Part shown: positions 8,201-16,030 of the stretch, piece after piece | How positions within the stretch are numbered: the stretch's first letter is position 1 | How the letters are laid out: each line of letters starts with the position of its first letter | From: an uncultured Anaerolineaceae bacterium | GTDB lineage: Bacteria > Chloroflexota > Anaerolineae > Anaerolineales > E44-bin32 | DNA: 64,000 bases | Direction: 5' to 3' | NCBI GenBank assembly: GCA_964475265.1 | Contig: CAYYVY010000008.1 | Span: 4,485 to 68,484, forward strand | The notes under the pieces: generated by a model | What the model saw: the letters and a program-made list of their open reading frames with translations, nothing else | Told to the model about the DNA's origin: nothing | Database searches by the model: none | Position numbers and translations under genes: made by a program

Positions 8201-10388
8201 CGACGAGAACAACGCCGATCTACACCTGCAGTTGGGCCGCGCCTATTTTGCCGGCGGGGAAACGCAAAGGGGTCTGGATCACGTTTTACGCGCCTATAAA
8301 ATTTCGCCGAGTTCTGCGGACCTGGCAAAGGAAGCTGGAAATTCGCTGCTGCGATTTGGGTCTCCGCTTGATGCCTTGGAAGTGCTGCAGCGTGCAGTTC
8401 AGCTCTCACCTAACGACATCGATTGCCTCATGGATTTGGGAAAGTGCTATTTACAGTTGGCCCGCTTTGACGAAGCTGAACACACGCTGCTGAAAGCCCA
8501 GGCGTTTTCACCCCACCCGATCCGAGCTGACGCGCTGTTGGCACAGATAGCTCTGACGAACGGCGATCTTGTACGAGCAGAACAGCTTCTGCACGACGCC
8601 CTACAGGCAGATCCGCGGACGAGTGAAGATACGTTGTGCATCGCGGAAACTGCAACAAGATTGGGCCGCTGGAGCGATGCAATAAAAGTCTTCGAAGACT
8701 CGCCTTCGTCCGCTGAGGACCTGGAGACGCTTCTGGCACTCACCAGGCTACATTTACGGCTCGCAAACGCATATTGGCTATACGCAACCCTCGGGGCTGC
8801 CCATGCACATGCACCCAAAGCCGAATACGCATCCTCAGATGCTGCAGAAGAAATCAACACACTCATCGATCGAAGTTATCAAGCCGGCGCAGCGAAAAGC
8901 ACGATCGATCAGCTCAAACGCTGGTCGGCACTGACTTTCGATTCGATCTCGACAGAGGACATCGACTCCGGGTTGGACGCGGAATCCACGGCAGGCTGGA
9001 GTCCGGTTGTCCATGCATTGGCATTCTTTCTATTCAAAACCGGCAACCCTGAACGAGCGATCGAAGTCATCGAAACCAACCCGGACAATATCGATCCTGA
9101 TGCATGGGGTGCGGTGCTGCTTGGATTGTGTCACACCAGCCTGGGCGATACCACACAAGCGATTCAAGCCTACAACATCGCCTCGCGTAACATGGTCATC
9201 CAGCCCCTGGTTAGCTTCTTTGCCAGCGACACGCTTTGGCAGGCTGGCGAGGTCGAAGATTCGCTCTCGAGCCTCAATCTTGCCTTGTCGGCATGGCCGA
9301 ACGAAGTCACATGGCACTCGATCGCGGCCTCACGCTATCAAGACCAGAATCGCTTCGATGCCGCCGTGGCGCACCTCCAGCAAGCAGCTGAACTCGATCC
9401 CAGTGATCCTGAAATTGTGCATACCCTGGCACATGCGCTTAAAAATTCGGGGCAACTTAGTGAGGCGTTGATCCATTTCGAGCAGCTGATCGAAAATTCT
9501 CCGCAGCGGAAATCGGTATGGAAGGAAGCAGCGGAGGTCGCGATGGCCAACGGAAAAGCGGAAACCGCCCAGGCCTGGTTTGAACGCGCTGCCGCGTTGT
9601 TCCCCTCCGATCCCGCATGCTTGATCGGTGCCGCACGTGCTGCGATGTCGCAAGGAAAATCGGATCAAGCCTTGTCCCATATCGATGCTGCAGCCCGCAT
9701 GGCGCCGAAAAATATGGACGTTCTGGTTGGAATGGGCGAGATCCTTGCCTCCCAGGGGAAATACGAGAAAGCCCTCAGGGCATACGACCAGGCGATCAAA
9801 AGCTCGGACGGACAACTCGAAATACGCATCGGCCGCTGTATGCTTCTGCTTCAAATCGGGCGTCCGCAGCATGCGATCTCCGATCTGCATGCCATGCTTG
9901 AAGAAAACTCACAGGATGAAAAGCTGTATGCTGCGTTGGCACAAGCCTACGAAACCGCCGGGGACCTCGAGAACGCCATCGAAGCTGCGACGCAGGCCAC
10001 GCTGCTAGCGCCGCGAGCTGCAGATTATCGCTACCAGGTCGGCCGCCTGTGCCGTTTGGCCGGACAGTTGGATCGTGCGCTGGATGAGTTATTGCTGGCG
10101 CAATCCGCCGCACCAGCACAAGCCAAGATATCTAGAGAACTGGGTCAGGCGCACGAACAGCGACGCGAAATCGCCCAGGCACTCGAGGCTTATCGGCGCG
10201 CGCTCGAACTCGATCCGCAAGATGATCTATCCCACTATCGTGCCGGACTGATATTGAAACAGCAAAAAGCGTATTCCCAAGCCGCGCGGCTGCTCGAACG
10301 CGCGATTGAGCTCAATCCAAAAGATTCGGAGATTATCCAGCAGTTGGCCGCTGTTCGAGCTTTGGAATTGGTCCACGGCGGCATATAG
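5226..10388 (+). CDS. giant tetratricopeptide-repeat (TPR) protein, 1720 aa
   Basis: A 5.2-kb uninterrupted ORF. Dozens of 34-aa TPR-like units run from about residue 330 to the C-terminus, for example ALELDPQDDLSHYRAGLILKQQKAYSQAARLLERAIELNPKD. The start is either 5226 (16-nt overlap with the previous gene) or the ATG at 5253. Confidence 0.85.
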   Translation: MESGLSVKHMNSPISDSAVLDALRTLLEPQELSQSLANLLRVPEAWRQLHEPAFIERLIQSNASKPITASLMTRTLFGGSNLENAAASLPEALESRLQDSMQAILQGLEVEADFETIALLAVGIGRHCSTENECSEIAEAARRHPQQWRSALCCAWTWMKKPQRLLGFLLDGMAAEGIALAVNMLLANVSTHEAAAIIKEILPNAWKHTTVVLRDLGEVSLANAIARSTQENIPHTASPDCDPEALLADAIRKLALGEYDDARNRLDLAWKATAKTAASIADHIAESASIEGDGVLEIEARKQALRSSSSPRRRADLALSYVDQDKPEEVISIIDQDPKSIEEQIALGISLVRLGDDNRAIAHLRSSAQRIHAAFDVSGRGLKALSRGLQDCGDIEGSLKIASMIVNRSPHEYTTRAEYIRKLSSFGDHAAAAEEATLLLAMHPQSTEARQLLAENLQKSGAALESIPYWEELAREDPNYLWDVAECALQANETSIAEKTAINLLKNDPDSVRANVVLGKAHAAQGKHQSAREHFQRALEIKPDFTDAWIAMADTEEAADNPDAASEVIAKAIKQLPENASIYAAQAAFKNRQGLLEESKDSIQKAVELDPGNVEWLLQYGEILTASGQEDAALSTLKDAHSIEPYNWRVRTALGNVYEHRNEDQLAADLLGRLPSDAPAEAHYLAGRVIAKSGGNLDEHLAPKAVEHLQIARDAGIADPTLEFWMGRAQELAGENEFAFQNYQSSLKSIQENDRETYKEALMGVARTALATARLPIALTTLETAQEKFPTATDVLLQLSHAYLTAAMPEQSLYVAQQAVEIEPGNHAALYTLRDSAVALNRWDHAMQATKRILEDRPHSQPDWMDLARFSHHADRRAEARNALSQALAIDRRNPKSLLSAAKLLLEFDEPAYAQINLKHALARSPQDNAFYSEMAKTSRQLGDYESEQESWMRLLKHDPHNLTALTQGAQALWNLDRRASAIGLWQRAVEIDENNADLHLQLGRAYFAGGETQRGLDHVLRAYKISPSSADLAKEAGNSLLRFGSPLDALEVLQRAVQLSPNDIDCLMDLGKCYLQLARFDEAEHTLLKAQAFSPHPIRADALLAQIALTNGDLVRAEQLLHDALQADPRTSEDTLCIAETATRLGRWSDAIKVFEDSPSSAEDLETLLALTRLHLRLANAYWLYATLGAAHAHAPKAEYASSDAAEEINTLIDRSYQAGAAKSTIDQLKRWSALTFDSISTEDIDSGLDAESTAGWSPVVHALAFFLFKTGNPERAIEVIETNPDNIDPDAWGAVLLGLCHTSLGDTTQAIQAYNIASRNMVIQPLVSFFASDTLWQAGEVEDSLSSLNLALSAWPNEVTWHSIAASRYQDQNRFDAAVAHLQQAAELDPSDPEIVHTLAHALKNSGQLSEALIHFEQLIENSPQRKSVWKEAAEVAMANGKAETAQAWFERAAALFPSDPACLIGAARAAMSQGKSDQALSHIDAAARMAPKNMDVLVGMGEILASQGKYEKALRAYDQAIKSSDGQLEIRIGRCMLLLQIGRPQHAISDLHAMLEENSQDEKLYAALAQAYETAGDLENAIEAATQATLLAPRAADYRYQVGRLCRLAGQLDRALDELLLAQSAAPAQAKISRELGQAHEQRREIAQALEAYRRALELDPQDDLSHYRAGLILKQQKAYSQAARLLERAIELNPKDSEIIQQLAAVRALELVHGGI

Positions 10389-13070
10389 ATGGACGGTGTA
10401 ACGATGATCGATCGCCCGGAACTCATACGACTTATTGAAGCAGCACGGATCGCAGGTAGATTGGATTTCGCGCGTTCCATTGCAGTAGATTGGCTTGAAG
10501 TTTGGGCCGGTGACATGGAAATCCAACTAAGGCTTTCCCAAATCGAGATCGATCAAACACACTACTCGCAAGCGATCGAGCGCCTTTCCAAGTTGACGAT
10601 AGCCGATCCGGAGAATTCCGCTGCACATTTAGCCCTTGCCGCCGCACAGAAAGCAAACGGTAATCCGCTGGCTTCAAGCGTGAGCCAGTCGTGTGCGGAC
10701 TTTCTGCAGGGCAAAGAACTTGACCCCGAGCGTAGTCCATCCTGGGCGATCCAGTTGATGCAATGTCTCGAGGCCATCCGGGAAAACGACCATGAGACGG
10801 CGATCCGTAAATCCCAGGAAGTCCTGGCAGCCGATCCGGAAACACCCCTGCCGGTTTTGATCGCGATTCAAGCCCATCAAAACGCCGGTGCAGAGCAAAT
10901 CGCGCTCGCCCTTGCCCGGACGGGTCACGATCGCTGGCCGGATTGCATCACCTTTCGTATCCACCTTGCAAAAGAAATGCTCGCCCATGGTGACGTTAGC
11001 CGCGGCGTGGCGTATCTCCATCAGGCAGCCGTGGATGATCCGTTGGGAATCGTCACGACGAAAATTTTGGGTAAGACGCATCCCTATCAGGCATTGTGGC
11101 CCAAGAGAATGATGGCGAAACTCGCCAGCCCGGTACCTGCAAAAGTAAACGCCGTCCTGGGTGCCAACAAACTCGCAGGAGCCGCCGCCACACCATCTAC
11201 CGCACCGGATCAGGCGGCATCTCCTGAGATATCCGTGGCAGCAGGATTGGAACGCCTCCAAGAAACCGACAAGGTCGACGGTGCTGTTGAAACACCTGCG
11301 GATTCGATCGACGATCGTCCCGTTCAGCCGTTGCCCGGAGAAGGATTTCAAGGACCCGACAGCGGAGACAGTATCCTTGCAGAAGATCTATTGGGCGGAA
11401 GTTCATATCCCGAAGTTGAGGCCGATTTCTCCCGCATCGCGGAGCGCTTAAACGCCCGGCGCCAAGCAGCGGATGAGGATCGTCGCATTCCTGCTTATGT
11501 CGTTTTGTCAAGTCGAACGAGGTTGATGCAGACTTTTGGAGAAGATGATTTCAACCAAATCGACGGTGCCATCGTGACTCTGATCGAAACCATCCGTAGG
11601 AGACCGGGTTGGGCCGCCTACCATGTTTACATCGACGATCCCTCTTCATTTGCACATTTCAAGATGCGTCCCGCAGATCCGGCAAATGCCTGGCAAATTA
11701 AATTGCGTCTTGCCGACCTCGATCAAGCTTTGCGCCAGCGCGGCGAAATGATCGGTGCGCTGCTCCTTGTCGGCGGCGATCGCATCCTGCCCTTCCATCG
11801 ATTACCCAATCCCGTCGACGATGACGATGATTACGTATTTTCCGACAATCCCTACGCCACGACGGATGAAAATTACTTTGCGCCGCAATGGGCCGTTGGC
11901 CGCCTGCCTTGTGGCGATTCAGCCGATTTGATCATGCACCAACTGAAAAAGATGATCGACGATCACAGTATCGCAGTTCAAAATGTCGGGATACTGATGC
12001 GCATTCGAATTTGGCTCTACTTGCGCCTTGAGCGTTTCCTGCGGCGAAAGCCGCGCTCGCTGGGATATACAGCCAGCATTTGGCGTAAAGCCTCCCTGGC
12101 GGTTTACAAGGCGATCGGTGAACCCAGATCGCTGTTGACCTCGCCTCCGGCGCAAGCGACTCAGCTTGCCCCAATCGTTACGCATCCGTTCCATTTTTCG
12201 TACTTCAATCTCCACGGCCTGGAGGACGCACCGGAGTGGTTCGGCCAACGCGACCCCTTGATGGATAGCGGAACGGGTCCGGACTTCCCTGTTGCCTTTC
12301 GGCCGGAAGATGTCGTCAACAGCGGACGTGCGCCCAAAGTGATTTACTCCGAAGCTTGTTACGGGGCGAATATCGAGGGCAAATCCATCGAGTCAGCCTT
12401 GTGCCTGAAGTTCCTGGATGCGGGGTCGCGTGCATTCGTCGGTTCGACCAAAGTTTCCTACGGATCCGTTACGACGCCGCTCATCGCAGCCGATCTCCTG
12501 GGTCATCTTTTTTGGAATCAAGTCAACAAAAACGTCCCCGCAGGTGAGGCGCTGCGTAGGTCCAAGCTGCTGTTGGCTGCAGAGATGCATCGACGCCAGG
12601 GGTATCTCGATGGTGAAGACCAAAAAACGCTGATCTCCTTTGTTCTCTTTGGTGATCCACTTTACAACCCGGCCGTCCAACTCGCCCGTCCCGGACAAAA
12701 GTTGGTCGTCCGCAGAAAATCCCGGCCGAAGGAAATGAAGACCGTATGTGCGCTCGGTGTAGGGGACCTCACCGACGTCGACAATCCAGCGGAAATCGAA
12801 CGGGTGAAAACCATTGTCTCCAAATATCTGCCGGGAATGGTGGATGCGCAGTGCCGAATCCATCCACAACCCATGTATGGTTGTGAGAGCAATCAACATC
12901 AATGCCCCTCCAATCAGCTTGGGATCAAACGACTCATTGCGGGCGAACAATCGACGCGCGTGTATACGTTCGCCAAGCACGTCGTGGACGGTTCTCACCG
13001 CCACGCCCACTTCGCCCGCCTCACACTGGACACCAGCGGCAAGGTGCTTAAGTTCTCGGTCTCTCGATGA
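10389..13070 (+). CDS. TPR protein fused to a clan-CD (gingipain C25 / legumain-like) cysteine peptidase domain
   Basis: The N-terminal ~230 aa are TPR-like, followed by an Ala/Pro/Asp-rich linker. The C-terminal domain has LLLVGGDRILPFHRLP, SDNPYATTDE and WAVGRLP (C25-like). A His/Cys dyad sits in the caspase-fold context: FHFSYFNLHG (H609, nt 12213-12215) and KVIYSEACYG (C657, nt 12357-12359). The ATG directly abuts the upstream TAG. Confidence 0.65.
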   Translation: MDGVTMIDRPELIRLIEAARIAGRLDFARSIAVDWLEVWAGDMEIQLRLSQIEIDQTHYSQAIERLSKLTIADPENSAAHLALAAAQKANGNPLASSVSQSCADFLQGKELDPERSPSWAIQLMQCLEAIRENDHETAIRKSQEVLAADPETPLPVLIAIQAHQNAGAEQIALALARTGHDRWPDCITFRIHLAKEMLAHGDVSRGVAYLHQAAVDDPLGIVTTKILGKTHPYQALWPKRMMAKLASPVPAKVNAVLGANKLAGAAATPSTAPDQAASPEISVAAGLERLQETDKVDGAVETPADSIDDRPVQPLPGEGFQGPDSGDSILAEDLLGGSSYPEVEADFSRIAERLNARRQAADEDRRIPAYVVLSSRTRLMQTFGEDDFNQIDGAIVTLIETIRRRPGWAAYHVYIDDPSSFAHFKMRPADPANAWQIKLRLADLDQALRQRGEMIGALLLVGGDRILPFHRLPNPVDDDDDYVFSDNPYATTDENYFAPQWAVGRLPCGDSADLIMHQLKKMIDDHSIAVQNVGILMRIRIWLYLRLERFLRRKPRSLGYTASIWRKASLAVYKAIGEPRSLLTSPPAQATQLAPIVTHPFHFSYFNLHGLEDAPEWFGQRDPLMDSGTGPDFPVAFRPEDVVNSGRAPKVIYSEACYGANIEGKSIESALCLKFLDAGSRAFVGSTKVSYGSVTTPLIAADLLGHLFWNQVNKNVPAGEALRRSKLLLAAEMHRRQGYLDGEDQKTLISFVLFGDPLYNPAVQLARPGQKLVVRRKSRPKEMKTVCALGVGDLTDVDNPAEIERVKTIVSKYLPGMVDAQCRIHPQPMYGCESNQHQCPSNQLGIKRLIAGEQSTRVYTFAKHVVDGSHRHAHFARLTLDTSGKVLKFSVSR

Positions 13071-13089
13071 GCCGATGCAGGCATAAATC

Positions 13090-14418
13090 TTGCATGATAT
13101 CCAGCCAATGAGGAACACAATCGCGATGACACCTGCCGTTTCTCGTCTTGGTTACGTCTACAGAAATGATGATCGCCACTATACACAAGACGACCTGCGT
13201 ATCTGGCTGCCGATCCTCGAATCGCTCAATACACGCTGGCTGACGCTGTATGCCTCCAGTGAGCGCACTGTTCCCGAACATTTTCTTGCCGGCATCCTCG
13301 AGGCGGGGATCGAACCCGTGATCATGATCCGTGGCAAATTGGGAGAATCGCATCCCAACGCACTGCAGCCGCTGCTGCGAAGTTACGCTCGCTGGGGAGT
13401 CCATTACGTTGTCGTGTTCGACCGCCCCAACCTTCGCCAAAATTGGAAAGACGCAGCTTGGAATCAAAAAGGCATCGTTGAACGCTTTCTCGATCAAACC
13501 ATCCCCTTGTGGGAATTCCAACAATCCGTGGGTCTGAAACCAGTATTCGCACCACTTGAACCTGGTGGTGATTATTGGGACACGGCCTTTCTACGAAGTG
13601 CCTTCGAATCACTAGCCTGCCGTGGTAAATCCGATTTGATTAACGACTTACATTTGGGTGTTTATGCCTGGACCTTCGGTAGACCGCTCGATTGGGGTTC
13701 GGGAGGCCCTTCCCGATGGCCCGAAGCGCTTCCGTATCACACTCCACCCAATTGCCAGGACCAGATCGGATTTCGCACATTCGAGTGGTACGCAGATCTG
13801 GCCGCTCAGGTCATCGGGCATACTCCGCCGATGCTCGTTCTCGCCGGTGGCGCTATTCCCGATTCTGAGATGGTAGCTGGCTACAGCAGCGCCCAGATCG
13901 AACAGAACGTAAGTATTCTGCGTGCCTTAAACGGCAGGGACCTTCCCCCGTACGTCCTCAATTTTGCCTTTTACTGCCTGGCTGCGAATTCTGATCTGCC
14001 AGGGAGCAATGCAGCCTGGTACACGAAGGAAGGGAAACCCGGACCAGTTGTTGAAGCCATTCAGAAGGTTTTGCACTCGCAGGAAAAAACGCCTGCAATT
14101 CCCACGCCGAAATCGTTGAACCACTACGTCTTGTTGCCGCCTGACGTGGAATTGAAGACTGCCTTCGCGGAACTATACGGATTTATCCAGAAACACAAGC
14201 CCATTCTTGGGTTTTCGGAAACAGAAGCACGCATGGCGTACAAAGTCACTCTTTTTGGTGCAGAGACCGAGTTTCCAGGATTACTCGAGCGGGAATTGGC
14301 AGATTCCGGCTGCGTGGTCGATCGGATCGTCGCAGGAAATAAAGCCATCGACGACGCTCCACCAGGATCATTTCATCCTCGCCCGTCGATTAAATACTCA
14401 CCTCTCGGAGGTTCATGA
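13090..14418 (+). CDS. hypothetical protein, 442 aa
   Basis: A long ORF with normal composition, using a TTG start (alternative ATG at 13108). Its stop overlaps the ftsZ start (ATGATG). I recognise no family. Alternating strand/helix-like segments (VHYVVVFDRPNL, VFAPLEPGGDYW) hint weakly at a TIM-barrel hydrolase-like fold. Confidence 0.55.
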   Translation: MHDIQPMRNTIAMTPAVSRLGYVYRNDDRHYTQDDLRIWLPILESLNTRWLTLYASSERTVPEHFLAGILEAGIEPVIMIRGKLGESHPNALQPLLRSYARWGVHYVVVFDRPNLRQNWKDAAWNQKGIVERFLDQTIPLWEFQQSVGLKPVFAPLEPGGDYWDTAFLRSAFESLACRGKSDLINDLHLGVYAWTFGRPLDWGSGGPSRWPEALPYHTPPNCQDQIGFRTFEWYADLAAQVIGHTPPMLVLAGGAIPDSEMVAGYSSAQIEQNVSILRALNGRDLPPYVLNFAFYCLAANSDLPGSNAAWYTKEGKPGPVVEAIQKVLHSQEKTPAIPTPKSLNHYVLLPPDVELKTAFAELYGFIQKHKPILGFSETEARMAYKVTLFGAETEFPGLLERELADSGCVVDRIVAGNKAIDDAPPGSFHPRPSIKYSPLGGS

Positions 14419-15497
14419 TGTCTGAAATGCAGGATAGCATCGGACGCGTAAGCATCAAAGTGTTTGGGCTGGGAGGTGGCGGTTCAAATGCGGTCGACCG
14501 GATGATCCAGTTGGGTTTAACGGATGTTGACTTTATCGCCGCGAACACCGATCGCCAGGCACTCAGCTCCAGCCTTGCTCCCACCCGCATCCAGCTGGGC
14601 CCGCGCATTACACGAGGTCTGGGCGCTGGAGGTGACCCGCGCATTGGTGCTTCCGCTGCGATGGAAAGCAGCCAGGAAATCGCAAAGGCACTCAAGGGCG
14701 CCGACATGGTATTTATTACCGCCGGCATGGGAGGCGGAACGGGAACTGGCGCAGCCCCTGTCGCCGCAGAAATCGCCAAAGAAATCGGCGCGGTCGTCGT
14801 CTCGGTCGTGACACTGCCCTTTGCGTTCGAGATGAAGCGTCGCGCGCAAAACGCGCTCGAAGGGGTTCGAAAACTGCAGCCCTACTCGCATACGTTGATT
14901 ACCGTCCCCAATGACCGACTGCTTCAAATTGCCCCCAAGGATCTCAGTCTGGAAGTGGCATTTCGATTGGCCGACGATGTCTTGCGGCAAGGCGTTCAAG
15001 GGATCGCCGAGTTGATCATGCGTCCGGGTTTGATGAACGTCGACTTCGCCCACGTACGCCAATTAATCCTCAGCGGCGGCGGCGCATTGATGGCAATCGG
15101 ATTGAGCGAAGGTCCGAACAAGGCCAAGGAAGCCACGCATCAAGCAATGAACCATCCACTGCTGGAGATCGACAGCATTTCCCAAGCCTCCGGCGTTTTG
15201 GTCCATTACACTGGCGGGTCGGATTTGACGCTTCACGAAGTCGGAGACGCAGTCGAGGACTTGCGTCAAATGCTGCCTCCGGATTGCGATCTGATACTCG
15301 GCGCATCAACCGACGACATGATGTCCGGTCGTGCACAGGTAATCCTCATCGTCACCGGCATCGGTGGCCGCCCCATACGTGTTCTGGGAACAGAACAATC
15401 GTTTGCCATGGAAGAAATCCCGGCGGAGCAAAGTGTACTCGTCCAAGACAACCTTGATCTCCCGGCGTTTTTACGCCGCAGAGCGTCGATCGGATGA
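14415..15497 (+). CDS. ftsZ: cell division protein FtsZ
   Basis: It has GLGGGGSNAVDRM, the tubulin signature GMGGGTGTGAAPV, NTDRQAL, NVDFAHV and the conserved C-terminal peptide DLPAFLRRR. GGAGG lies at 14407-14411. Confidence 0.97.
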   Translation: MMSEMQDSIGRVSIKVFGLGGGGSNAVDRMIQLGLTDVDFIAANTDRQALSSSLAPTRIQLGPRITRGLGAGGDPRIGASAAMESSQEIAKALKGADMVFITAGMGGGTGTGAAPVAAEIAKEIGAVVVSVVTLPFAFEMKRRAQNALEGVRKLQPYSHTLITVPNDRLLQIAPKDLSLEVAFRLADDVLRQGVQGIAELIMRPGLMNVDFAHVRQLILSGGGALMAIGLSEGPNKAKEATHQAMNHPLLEIDSISQASGVLVHYTGGSDLTLHEVGDAVEDLRQMLPPDCDLILGASTDDMMSGRAQVILIVTGIGGRPIRVLGTEQSFAMEEIPAEQSVLVQDNLDLPAFLRRRASIG

Positions 15498-15506
15498 GGT
15501 CTTACG

Positions 15507-15737
15507 ATGGATAAATCGACGATTTCGAAGCTGACCAAACAGGTTACCGGTAAATTTCCGGAAATGGAGGGCGTGCGTCCAAGCTTAAGGCGAAAGGGTG
15601 ACACTCATAACGGTGCACAATACGAACTGACATTCAAAGGTTGCGCCAAATTACCCGGAGGAAAAACGATGCGGCGCGTCGTTCGGGTAGTTGCAGACGA
15701 GAAGGGTCGCATCCTTCGCATGAGCACGTCAAAATAA
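15507..15737 (+). CDS. small basic hypothetical protein (76 aa)
   Basis: The ORF starts 9 nt after the ftsZ stop and ends 1 nt before the next ORF. It is Lys/Arg-rich and matches no family I recognise. Confidence 0.45.
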   Translation: MDKSTISKLTKQVTGKFPEMEGVRPSLRRKGDTHNGAQYELTFKGCAKLPGGKTMRRVVRVVADEKGRILRMSTSK

Positions 15738-15738
15738 A

Positions 15739-15942
15739 ATGACTGAAATCTATCAAACCACATTATCACACCTACGTATAGCATTTTGGCGATCCGTTGC
15801 CAACGTTCTGGGCTGGGTTATTCGCTGCAAGTCAGGAGAAGACAACCCCCTAACCTATGCCCCTTACCTCATTGCGGGATTCGGATCCTACTTCGCCGGG
15901 AAGGCATTCGCTGGTTTAATCATACGCGTTTTGCTCTTCTGA
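15739..15942 (+). CDS. small membrane protein (67 aa)
   Basis: It is tightly packed after the 76-aa ORF. Hydrophobic segments are VANVLGWVI and YLIAGFGSYFAGKAFAGLIIRVLLF. Confidence 0.4.
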   Translation: MTEIYQTTLSHLRIAFWRSVANVLGWVIRCKSGEDNPLTYAPYLIAGFGSYFAGKAFAGLIIRVLLF

Positions 15943-16030
15943 AACTGTTCGCCTCGGATTGCCGCATTACTGCAGCCAGAGTAAAATCTGGACGTGTGAA
16001 GGTAGCCACACGTCAATATCTGAGTCCATA

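Noticed and set aside
10389-15497. Analogy between the TPR plus clan-CD peptidase next to ftsZ and the eukaryotic separase, which is a helical-repeat plus caspase-fold protease acting in division.
   Set aside because: The resemblance is purely architectural, and nothing in the sequence supports homology or a shared substrate logic. I keep it only as a reminder, not as a claim.
15959-16030. N-terminal extensions in the ORF track. These are 15959 for the LCP-like gene, 17729 for the permease, 30672 for the lipoprotein, 38048 for the prenyl synthase, 42090 for the J/vWA gene, 52582 for fadD, 34975 for the thioesterase and 37080 for acpP.
   Set aside because: The extensions overlap upstream genes or terminators and lack SD sequences. 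Internal starts with an SD give the N-termini expected for each family.
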